Assembly: GCA_030704615.1 (NCBI GenBank)
Contig: CM060734.1
Location: forward strand, 58,280,001-58,344,000
Length of the DNA: 64,000 bases
Source of the DNA: Takakia lepidozioides
Lineage: Eukaryota > Plantae > Bryophyta
Direction of reading: 5' to 3'
Made by a program: the position numbers and the translations under genes. Position 1 is the stretch's first letter. Every line of letters begins with the position of its first letter. Below are positions 50,261-62,500 of the stretch, in pieces. Under the pieces are notes generated by a model. It did not search any database, was not told the origin of the DNA, and saw only the letters and a program-made list of their open reading frames with translations.

Positions 50261-51035
50261 AAGGATGTTTTCTTGGAAAGATGCGAGTGTCTTACTTCAT
50301 TCATTGATCTGTGTAGCTACTGAGATCATCCACCATTTCCTGAGAGTATTGACCATGATGTACTGTTGGGTGCATTTCTGTACTGTTGAGTCATAGAGGA
50401 TTGGTCGTAGACGCTTGTTCGGTCATAGGCCAACTTACCCTAGTGTTTTGGATGGAAGGCTAGTGAGAATCCCCAGAGTTCTCGTTGATCTTATAAGGTA
50501 AAATTGGGGGGCTCTACTCTTCCCACCACGAGAACTAAACAGGGCCACTCACCCTGTCAGTCCAATGCGACCACATCAAGCCGCTGCCGCGGAAGAGAAA
50601 ACGACATGGGCGGCCACACCCGACTTTCACTTAACACATGGTTCATCCCCTAAGTGACTCCTTGTTCATTTGTGCACGATTGCATGAGATACCGTCCCAT
50701 GTAGGCCACGCGTCCAAGCACCTGCACTTTGCCATCGCTCACTGAGCTACACCATGTTCAACGGTGTTAATCTGATCAACACTTGCCTAGATTTCACTGC
50801 AGGCAGTCCTCACGACTCTGTATTCTACCAATCTCACAGTGCCGATTCACAGTTCGCCATTGCTGTCTAGATGCTCGCGCTCATTACACCTTAGTGGTGG
50901 ATTTCATTCATGTTCTAAACTAGTCTGTCATGTCATGCACTCTCAAGGCCGTCATTTCTGAGCTATTTCTACATATTCAGTACTCTGAGATCTGTCTGAA
51001 CCTTGCTCACAACTTACAGCGTTCACGCTATGCAA

Positions 51036-51156
51036 TGACTACGCAAAGACAGGTGACACATTGTGTACAAATCTACTGTTTCCTCTTCTCTCATTGACTA
51101 TGCAAAGACAGGTGACACATTGTGTACAAATCTACTGTTTCCTCTTCTCTCATTGC
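51036..51156. repeat. 59 bp tandem duplication
   Basis: TGACTA(C/T)GCAAAGACAGGTGACACATTG...CTCAT twice. Confidence 0.9.
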
Positions 51157-51554
51157 TTCGTAATACATGACGTTCATACGACCCATGATCAGATTCACTC
51201 GGTGGCTAAGTGACCAATCCGGTTACTAATTCTCTCACACCATCCACAGTATTTACTGCTCTACATCTCTGGTCTACAACCTGTTTTGGTCTAAAACAGC
51301 TCAGGGGCGCCACCTCGGTTGGTCTCTAATTACCCTTCTTTCTCATCATCTACAGTGCTTCAGTCGCCGCTCTATCCTTTAGCGCATAAGAACCATCAAC
51401 TATTTTGAACACGAACTTGCAGTTTTATCTCAGCCAGCTGTTCTATAAATTAATACGTCTATGGTTCATGTTTGCAGGTTTTTTAGGGCCGTGCATGTGC
51501 AGAGCCCACTAAAATAGGTACTAATGTACTAACTTAATAAGTAATACTAACTTA

Positions 51555-51899
51555 GAGCATCTCCACGGTGAGCGGGGCCCCTCTAACGTTATATACCGTG
51601 GTTACATGGGCGACGGTAGTTTTGAAGGGGAAGGTTTGGTTGGCACTCCACGGTTGGGACGGTAACAGAGCAGGCAAAGATAGCCCCCAGGCAGGCCCGC
51701 CCGATCACAATCTTGGCGCGTTAATCGAGGACATCATATCTCTTGACCTCACAAATTTAATGGCGGAGTCCCTATATGTTTGGCAAAAGTGGGCCTGCAA
51801 CAATTCTACCGGGCTGAGACAACCGTGGAGCAAGCCCCGTGTCCCCGCCACGCCAGATTGTCGTTTTTGGGCACATACAGTGTCACCGTGGAGATGCTC
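51555..51899. mobile_element. Tourist (PIF/Harbinger) MITE
   Basis: 17 bp TIR GAGCATCTCCACGGTGA / TCACCGTGGAGATGCTC, flanked by TTA / TGA. Confidence 0.88.
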
Positions 51900-52403
51900 T
51901 GAGATCGCAATGAGGGAGGGCGGAGCTCCGCCCCTCCCACCTAGTTTCCACTAACTTTAGTTATGACTAATCATTTAGGGTTCCACCTATTTTTCCTCTT
52001 TATTGCATGTTATTTCCTCTATTTTCAGCGCCTCCACTGTTTTATCCGTATCTAAGTGTAGCTATGCTCGCCGCTATGTCCCTACCAAAGTGTGTTGTCC
52101 TCTCTACATTTACTGCCTCATGATTGCGGTCCTTTCAAGTTGCACCATGCCAGATTCAGTGAAGTTTTGCACCCGCGATCTCAAGATCGGCGCTCAGCCA
52201 CTCCACAAGCATATTCACTTCGCAACACAAGAAGCAGTATAATCACGTCCTCCTACTGCTACTCTGATCCACAGGTGAACCATTCGCTATTAACTACGAC
52301 GTGTTATTCTTATGATGATTTCATTCTTGTTTTCCGAGAACCCTGGCTTTGTCACTTTACCCCCCGCACAGTATGTGCCATGGTGTTCTGAGGCACATAC
52401 AGA

Positions 52404-52500
52404 ATGAATCCCAACTATGCACAGAAGGTTGGAGAAGAGATCAAGAAGTTGGCTGAGGCTAAGTTTATATACCCAATAGAGTATACAACTTGGTTGTCTA
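52404..52500 (+). pseudogene. Short Ty3/Gypsy RT N-terminal fragment
   Basis: MNPNYAQKVGEEIKKLAEAKFIYPIEYTTWLS. Confidence 0.7.
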
Positions 52501-54834
52501 CCCACCCCACAGATGGAGATCCCACACAGTATCAGGAAGGCCACCATCACTGTTTACATCACCAGAGCAATGAGGTCACTCATCGACATTGGTCGGGGTA
52601 CCCTCCCGCCTCTTCTACCAGTGATACCAGGGAAATTTATGACTATGCACTCAACTAGAACTCTACCCCTCTCAGCACACTGTTCAGATTTGGTGGCAAG
52701 AAGGATCACCTGCCCTTCACACAGGATGGAGTTTATCAAGAGCCAAGCTCAATTTGCCCTACTGGAGGAGTATATGTGCTCCAAGGGAACAACAGTACCC
52801 TGATGACTATATGCACTGGCATTGTCAATTGGTGGCCTATTATGAACAACATGGGCCACGCTGGCAGCGGGCTGCCTTCACCCACAGCCTGGGCATCACT
52901 GGCTATACAACCCGTCCCCGACTGGTGGGAGAATTAACTTTCCACCCGCGTCAGGGATCGCACAGCAGGGAATTGGTATTGGCGGGGGCTCCATCCCCGT
53001 CTACAGCCAAGGCATTATCATCTCTTCGCCAGGGAGCACCCTCACCCCACCTCTCAGCTGCACTTACTTCCCATTTCTGAGTATAATCAATTCAACAGTA
53101 CTCCTTGGATTATGCCAGTTATCACTGACACTCAGTTACTGTGTTACAAATTGCTTATGAAACTCAAGTGGCCTATCACAAGACAATGGGACCAGTCCAG
53201 AACACCTCTCACACAAGCTGCCGCCCAAGCCAGGTACTCACAGCATACTGCATCCGACCAAACACCACCCCGGATAACCCGCTTGCCCCCCAGGTACTAG
53301 CCAGGTACACACCAAATCGCTACAGAAGTGATGACACCCCAAATCCACAAAGGTAGGCATCCTGCCCCACCTAGCTTCATTTCCTCTTCATCACTATTCT
53401 GCTTGCTAGACAACTCCCCTCTATCATGTATGCACCATGAAATCAACCTATGTCTGCAACCCGTCCATCTTGCTGCTCTCTCCATCTCCCGTCACCAATG
53501 GCTTCCCGTATCTATCAGACTTCTCCCATTGCTCATGTACTGCATCTGCCCCCCTCACAACAAGTCCAGTAGTGACTGTACTCCCGCACACTGTCATGCC
53601 CTTACAAAAATCAGCATGTATCAGGCATACCCCTCTATCTCTCTACAAGATAGCTCCACATTTCAAACGGTTACATCTACTACCATATGCCACTCATATG
53701 ATGCACACCAAATTAACTCGCCCATTTTGTCTACAGGCCTCTCTTCAAACGTGACTCTCCAAAGGTGCCACTCCAATCATCAACAAGATACCATGCATAA
53801 CTGGAGCTCTCTATATATAATATCAATGTCAAACATCTGCTACTCTACCCACTCCATGATATACACATACTCTTACTCCAAGATTTTACCTCACGCCACC
53901 TTTCAATTCCATCTGCCCACTCACCACACTGCGGATGTTTATCATCCACCGCCATCCTGCTTCATCCCAATACACCCATTCAACCATAGTACAAACAACA
54001 GGCCATGGCACCCAGCTATATACCCAATCCACCTTACCCGCAATGCCACGTATGGAAAATCAGCCCGCTCAAACATTAACCCCTCCCCTCCCAAAAATTA
54101 TCCTACTCACCCCCCTCTCTGTGTACTAAATAACACCCTCTCGTCGGCTGCCCAATATAAACCTGCCCCTACCTACACTATCCCAATACTCCCTTCCCGC
54201 ACACTCACACATAGAATATACTTCTCAATACATCCATACAAGTCGTTAACCTCACCTCTACATCCCCTCCAAAGCAGTACCTATATATATTTAACATCCA
54301 ATCACATATTGCCATCCCCGAAACCAAGTACGTTATTACTCATACTCCACCACACAAATCATACCCACGCATCCCAAACCCTTTGAGGTTCTTATTACTC
54401 AAAATCTACGTCATTAATCACCAAAATACTTACTCTTTGCTCTGTCCAGCATGTCAAATACTCTACCAATATCAAAACATCCTGCAACCCTATGATAACA
54501 CAAACCCATATGTGGAAGGCCAAAGTGCATCATCATGGAGAAGCACAACAATCTGCCTACAAACGAGTCCACTCAACCAACACACTTCATATAGAGCCCG
54601 CCTGCACCTGGCACCTGGCACCTACTACCCCTTCTCCCAACACCCAAATCCCTGAAAGTCATATCCACTATGTCACTCCATCACCCAATGCACAGCCCGA
54701 CACTGAGTCAAATGCTCTCCCCAAACCCACTACACAAAGTGGTAATGGCATCCCTCAACATTTCTAACCCCCAACTACCAGCTGATTAATAACAAGTATT
54801 ACTGGCATACACAATACAACAAACACACTCACTG

Positions 54835-56565
54835 GGGGGTTGCTACACCGTGAGCCTGTGAGCCCAGGAGCCCGTGAGCCCAGCATAGGCTCACGCCAGG
54901 TCATCTTTGAATTCCAAACTTATAGGGCGTATTTCCGCGGAAGGCGCCTATTTCCGTGGATTGACTTACCTTTTTCAGTCATTGCAGACGACATCTTTTA
55001 CATCCATCTCACCCCCGGTCCTCGTGTCATAAACACCGATTTGATTAATATTCAATTGCCCAAGTGAGAGAGAATGAGTGTACTAGTTACATGAAGCTTT
55101 CTTACTAATCCAAATGTAGTAGCAGCTTACAGTGCAGATCCCAAGACCCAAAAGATAGCGTAGTGGAGTTGAGGCTAAGACACGTTGAAATCGCCCACAT
55201 GGAATAGTGTGATTTAATGACAAATGTGGTATACATACTAAGCCCTTGCATGTTTGGAAAATGGATGAATGTTGTTGTGTTTGAATGAAACATTCTGCGA
55301 GATGGTCGGGATGAAATTCAATGTATGCGGTTTGACTTGACATAAGCGAATGCACTTTTGGCAGGTTCCCACGCAGATGCCTTGAAAATAGTGTGCGGTG
55401 CCACCGCACACTACTTTCAAGGCATCTGCGGTGCACATTTTCTCTGCAGCTGCCCATCCCACCTACGATTTTATTTTATTTTTCATTCCCACGCAGTTGC
55501 CCTGAAAACAGTGTGCGGCACCGCACACTATTTTCAGAGCATCTACGATGTACGTTTTCTCTACATATGTACATCCCACACTCGGGTTTTTTTTTTTTTT
55601 TTTTTTTTCATTTTTTCATTTTTTGTTTTCTCGTTCCCTCGCATATGCCCATAACTGTTTTCAGGGCATCTGCAGAGCACGTTTTCTCTGCATATGCCTA
55701 TCCCACACAATTTTTTATTTTTTTTATTTTTTATTTTTATTTTTCATTTTTTCGTTTTTTCGTTCCCTCGCAGATGCCCTGAAAACAGTGTGCCGCAAGT
55801 GTGCCGCACACTGTTTTCGGGGCATCTGCGGTGCTGTTTTTCTCTGCAGCTGCCCATCCCAAATACGATTTGTTTTTTTCCGTTCCTACGCAGATGCACT
55901 AAAAGTAGTGTGCGGTGCCGCACACTCCTTTCAGGGCATCTGCGGTGCACGTTTTTTCTGCAGCTGCCCATCCCGCACACGGTTTCCCCCCCCCCCCCGT
56001 TCCCACGCATGTGCCCTGAAAATAGTGTACGGCTCCACACACTGTTTTCAAGGCATTTGCGGTGCGCGTTTTCTCTGCACCTGCCCATCCCACACACTCA
56101 ATTTTTATTTTATTTTTTTCTGACAAGTACACCGGCTCAGAACACTCTCTCGAAAGACAAAAGGGGACCTGCAGGTGAGGGAAGAGAAAGGAAAGGGGAA
56201 CGGGAAGTGAACCCTGACGGGGCTCTTTTCATTGTCGGTTTGTTTGCAATATGCAGCTTATTAAGTTGGCAGACTGCACAACGTTGCAATCACATAGTCT
56301 CTTTTCATTGTCGGTTTGTTTGGAATATGCAGCATAAGTCGGCATACTGTAAATGCCTATTCCCACGGTTATAGATCCCTCGGGTATAGGTATCTTTTCT
56401 TTTGCCAAATGTGTTATGACATCTACTGACATGGCAGAAGCTCACGCTTACGTGTGGCGTGAACGTCACGTCGTGCGGAGAGAGCCTAGGCTCACGCCGC
56501 GTCAGCCAAGCGTGAGCTCACCTCTACCAGGCTCATGGGGATGGGCTCATGACTTAGCTGCCCTC
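54835..56565. mobile_element. Non-autonomous Mutator-like element
   Basis: Perfect 9 bp TSD CACTCACTG (54826-54834 / 56566-56574). Imperfect TIR GGGGGTTGCTA..GTGAGCC / GGCTCATGACTTAGCTGCCCTC, with subterminal GTGAGCC repeats. Confidence 0.88.
55368..56100. repeat. Six ~120-150 bp tandem units, each with a long hairpin
   Basis: CGCAGATGCCTTGAAAATAGTGTGCGGT-loop-ACCGCACACTACTTTCAAGGCATCTGCG, then a conserved tail and a T run. Confidence 0.9.
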
Positions 56566-56574
56566 CACTCACTG

Positions 56575-59500
56575 CACTGCCCTAATCAATGGCCAACCTG
56601 TCGGGGCCTCACACCATTACAATAGCCATCCCACACTCACTTCCACATAACCTCAAAGTACACAACATTAAATACCCACTTAGCACTACGCCCCACCCCC
56701 CCCCCCCCCCCAACTTCATCAGATGTTGTCCCCAACATAACCATGGCCACCTTCAGCTCCCTCCAATTTCAGCCTCCATCACTCCCCTGTTACAATCGGC
56801 ACATTAAACAATGTTGCAGTATCCTGTAAAGATATATTGCCACCACCCTCCACGAATTTTATATCTAACAAGTCTCCCCCATACCATGCATGTACCTGGC
56901 CGCCACCCAGACATAATGAAAAAACGACTCCAATTGACAAATCGAGCAGCGTCACTCACCTCAGACACACCAATATCACCCATGCAAATAGAACGCACTG
57001 CCCCCCACACTCTCCACTCTACCCCGCTCTCCTCATGTTGCACTAGTCTTCGCTCCCCAAGTCAGTCTAGCTCCCATCACAACTATCTACCCTGCCCAGT
57101 TCACAATCACCAATACCCACTTACGTATGTCTAGTTCAAAGTTAGGAAGCACTCTGAAAGGTGTAGGCAGCATACAGAAGCAATCTAGTCTCAAATCCAA
57201 CATAGTGACCTGTAGCAAGAAGACCAGTGTGAAATCCCCCTCTTCAGAACGTGTTATCTCAAGGGAGCTCATCATAGACAACGACGACGACATGGAGCAC
57301 CTCCCCAAAGAAGAAGTACTAGCCGCCAGCGATATGCACCTCTCCGAAGAACAATTTTTTGCCGCCGAGCCTGGGGCCCACCAACAATTGACACACAGCC
57401 CATCCAAGGATGGTAAGAGGCAAACCGCCGCCATACAAGCAGATACCGCACCACCATCTACACGAACGCTCATGCGCATGCTCCCCACGGCACCCAACGC
57501 ACTCGTAAAAACGCAGGCAGTCAATCTCCGCACCAAACGTACTTCAAGCGAATTTAACAGCGACATGGGCAGCAACCACTCGGACTCTAGGAAATCCCGT
57601 GGACCCGTTGAGTCCGGCCCTCTCCAAGTCAGGGACACATCAAGTTCCTACACCACCCCTCAACTATGGATGGGTTACCCGACACATGAACAACTCGCGG
57701 AAGACTCCAACGCCCCCTTTGTCACCGAGGAGCGGTCGGGCTTCGAGCTTCATAGCTTGGGCCTCAGTCATGCAGAGATCTATGATATGCAACACTGCCT
57801 CAATTCCTACCCACGGGTGCCTCAACTTCTCTTCCCAGCAACAAGACCGGATGGGCGAGAGGGTTAGCTGTACCCACTCACACAGCTGCCCAAGGGAACA
57901 CAAGTGAATCCGGTGTCTGGGTTACCACTATTCCCCCCCACACATCATGATACGGTTCGACAAGGACTTCGATATGCCCAAAGAGCGGGCCCTCTACAGA
58001 GCATGGAAGCGATTTGAATCAATGAACATCCCTCTCGGGAGTATCCTATACTCACCTCTCACTGCGTACACGAAACACGGAAGCAAGAATTGGTTTGGGC
58101 TACTAAAAGTCGAGCTACTGCACCCACACACAGATGGGTTGGCTCTCTTACAAGGCGACAGGGCCTCTGTGTTGGAAATGGCCTCCAGTGTGCCAAGAAG
58201 AGGAAAATTTGAGAAGGTGTTTGACCTCCCTGCCTCACCAGATCATCTGTCGCTCTACATGTCAAGCGAAGCTCTGCTTGGTACAACCAGCTACAAGCTA
58301 ACCATGCATACCATCATGGAAACTTACTACCACGGTGATGAATACGAAATCATGTATGTTTACAAAGCGGGCCCAGACACAACATTCTGCTTCATCTATA
58401 TGGTTGCAGAAGACACAAGGCAACGGATGCTGGTTCAGGGTGTGCGAGTGAACCGCATGTTGATCAAGCCCGTGGTTCGCACAAGAAGGACCAGTATGAC
58501 GGGACAAATTACTGCACCACAATAGATTGTAGCAGAGAGGGACGCCCTCACGTTGGTGATCAAGACTCTCAACCCACTCCACTCAGAGACTACAACTGAA
58601 GCGGCACTTCGAGACATCATGGGCAAAAACAACCTGGAGCACATTCATTTTGGCAAGTTAGCTAGAACCGAGAAAGTCAAGCACACAGGTCTGGCTCTAA
58701 TCACCTGCAAGAACCCAAGTCATGGGTACACCCAGTGGTGTAATAGGCTTCATATACTTGTCATTGACAAGTACGTCACATTCGAACTACACACGGACAG
58801 TCTGAACGGGGCCACACCCCCCGCAGCCGGTATTTTGGAGAGGTTGCAGGTAGCCAATATCAATCAGGTTTTAGCAGACACTGTGCAGTCCCTCAACATC
58901 AAGACAGACACCAGCTCCAAGCAAGGGCACAATGCAATGATATCCGAAATCGACCAAAAGCTGGCAGCCCATGCGATCTCAATCAAAAACGAGCTAAAGA
59001 ATGACCTATCTCATACAATTCTTGGCTATCTCAATATGTCAAATGCAGAAACAAAACCGCCCGGAAACCAAACTCTCTCCCGCTTGACCGCCCAACCAAC
59101 ATCAGTCACGAGATACACACAAAAATATGCTCCAGGCCCCCTCCTAGACTACAATCCCGCATTCATACCCCAACCCCATACACCAGCCGCTTCATCCAAG
59201 TAGTAATACCTCCATTTGCAACCATGTCCACCCTCATCCACCAACGTATAAAGCCCATTTTTTTTCCCTCTCCCCCATCTAATCCCCACACCCACCACCC
59301 ACCAAAAACCCATACCGATGGGACTATACAATAATCAAAGCACAATCAAACCCCTCACACACACCCACGCAACCAGCTCCACCTATAACTGCTATACTGC
59401 CACCTTGAATATCCCCCCCCCCCCCATATACCCATACTCTCACGCACCCCCATTCCTCGACCCCTCAAGTACGACCTCATAACCGCCCACAGAGCATATA

Positions 59501-62500
59501 TCACCAGAAACCTCTAGCATCTAAACACTCCTCTCACCACCCCCCGTCCCACCTTAACAGCTATAAAATTATAAGTGAAAAGCTTCTTCTCCTACGCCGT
59601 GGCGACATCCACCCAAACCTGGCAGGCCCCATAATTACCATCACCAACATTATAAACCACCTCCCTAGGGACCACCAAGAAAGATATGAACTATATTTCT
59701 AACATAACACGATCTCACTCATACCGGCATATCAACACCTACATGACCACTTCTCCCCATGTCTTCCCAGCCCTCCCAACAACAACCAACATATCCAATC
59801 GCCACCTTCGGGCTCCCAGCATGTCAAAACCTATCCCTGATCACTACCCTCTAGAAACTCCATACATACCCTACACAACACCTCATCTTCTCACTAATTG
59901 TCACCATCTCTCCAATCCCTTCAATATGCAATGACTACCTTAAAAGCCAACCAGGCACAGACATATGCTCGCTACTACAGCAACTACATAATTTACCCTC
60001 ACTTCCCCACAAATACCTAGCACCTCTACACTATCTGCATAACTGCCACGAATCTCTCAACCTGCTACAAGCCAAGCGGCCCGGTGCAGTACATAGGCTA
60101 CTGGGTGAACGTCTGGCACACCCAACTGCAGTCATACAAGAGCTAAATACCATCTCCAACAAATTTCCATTCATTTCCGAGAATATTCTCAAGGCCGCAA
60201 CCCTACAAGCCAAGGCAGACATCTAGGATATCAACCCCCACTCATGCCAGCGCCACCCACCTCACCTTGCACAAACAACCCCATCAGATTACCACCTCCA
60301 GAACTCCCTAGACCCTCTAACCTGCACTCCCTCTCCTCACAGACTGCACACTCACTCCACATAATTACTTGGAATGTAGGATCACTTGTCACCAACATTC
60401 AAAGCCTAATTCATCTCACAGACTCTACACCCCCACATATCCTCCTCCTATAAGAAACCAAACTCAACACACACAACCCTATGGCAACTTGCTCATAGCT
60501 ACTCAATGTCTTACCAGGAGTTACCCAGGTGAGGGGAGTAGATATAGAAATTACTCCCCAGTACTTGCAGCAATTGTTCGATTTGCCATCGGGTCATGTG
60601 GATGTGGATGAGCACATGGCAAGATTGCATATAGGGAATTTGTTCCAAGAAGGGAGTTTCTTTAAGACTCAAGGATACACCCGCACCAAGGCCGAGTACC
60701 TAGGGCTAAGAGAAGTTGGCCAAATACTGAACATCCTGTTTGCCATGAAACAGAACCAACAGTACTTGAGCAGATCATCCACGGAGGAGATACTAAAAGC
60801 CTTGAGGAGAGAAGATGTGGTTTGGGCGGAGTTAATGTACAACGGTCTGGTGGAAGAGATTAAGCGGTTACAAGGCACTACTGCTAAGTCTCCGATCATT
60901 GTGTCTGGCCCAGTAATTGCGCAAATCATTCTTGATTCTTGTTTGCTTGATGCGCGAGAACGCAAGGAAATGGGAGTGTTTGAGACAGCAACTACTACAA
61001 TTGAGGAGTATCCCACCCGAGGAGGGGTGGCTCTTGGCATCCTCCGCACACACCACTCCCCTATTACCACTATCAAAACACCTGTCGATTTCCCCCTACG
61101 ATCGCGCCTTCAAATCATCCAACTACACCTCCCCGCGCTCCCCTCTAATATCCTCATACACTTATACATGCCATCACACATTAATGATCTCACTCTGATT
61201 CCGGATATCTTACTCACCATATTCAAAACACTCAACCAACCCTCAAACCACTCCCAACACTATATCCTTGCAAGTGACTTTAGCAGAGACATTGCCCTAT
61301 TGGGCCACACATATAATGGTCTACATAAATCTCCATCTACAGCAGATCGGAGTGGGCAAAATTTACTCAAACACACCACCTCCGCTATATATCCGCCAAT
61401 CACCACTACTCTAGACAAGGTGACTCAACTACTCCTCCTTAAGCCTTATCTAAAAACACAAAATGAGATCCCAACATACCTTAACAGTCATGTACATATT
61501 AATAGCCTATGCAACTCAGATCACTACCTTATCTCTGTAACCATACCACCATCTCTCTTCCCCTTTAGACCTATACCACCTATGTATGTCCCAGCACCTC
61601 AATCCAGAATTTTATCTCCACTCCCCCAAAGAAACATGGCCGCTTTTCTAAAAAAAACTTTCAACCAACATCCTCACACCTTATACTAAAACTATCAGAC
61701 ATACTTACAGATACAAACCTCACACAATCCCTAATCAAACCTGGACCAAATCCGAGATCATACTTACAATCTTGATGCAAGAAATGACCAAGCACGTCAT
61801 TGCCACTTGCTCTGCCCCCCAGAGATTCCACAAACTGCACATTCCAAACAAAATGGGGGATACCTTAACCGCACACAGAAACGTTCATGGACCTCACATC
61901 TTAACACATATCACACGATCAGACGCGCCCTCACTGTAATTATACCTACCACCACCTCCGTACACCCAGAAAATAATTGGACAACGGACCCTCGTATCAC
62001 TCGTTTAAACACCCTAACAATATGCCAAGCACTTATGCCCCCCCAACATCCCTAACTGGATAACCGCTCTCTCCAAAATTGGGAGAGACGCTAAAAAAGT
62101 CGCTTACCGTATCACCAAACAAAAAGCTACCGCCAACCACAAAAAAATTGTTGCTTCTTTCAACCAATTGCTACATGACCATCCCAAAATAGCTCACAAG
62201 CCATCTTCAACCCAGCCCTCAACCCACCCATCAATTGTATCAAGCACAGGCTGGGCCACCTGCTAACCAACCCACTGGACATCAACCAAGAAATATGGTC
62301 ACAAGCATCCTCAACCCACACACCCGCAGTTACAAACTACTTACATCCAAATCTTCACACTGCCAACTGCATATGTAAAGTTAAATATTACCCATGGCAT
62401 GACGTAGACGGCTTCTCAATAGACAACAGGGGATCTCCAACCCATCGCATTCTAGACCTATTCACAACTGATTTATACGAATCATGTCTTAAAAAATTAT

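Larger units (their letters stand above)
39555..50380. repeat. Large inverted duplication (arms ~39555-44197 and ~44653-50380, ~450 bp spacer)
   Basis: DYW, 3' flank, PPR and 5' leader sequences are reverse complements of each other. The ORF track shows mirrored peptides. Confidence 0.95.

Noticed and set aside
53328-54386. 352 aa His/Thr/Pro-rich ORF
   Set aside because: A/C-biased degenerate retroelement-like DNA with no recognisable domain.
55368-56100. CRISPR-like hairpin array and overlapping 100-226 aa ORFs
   Set aside because: Whole units are tandem repeats without unique spacers. The ORFs are low-complexity by-products.
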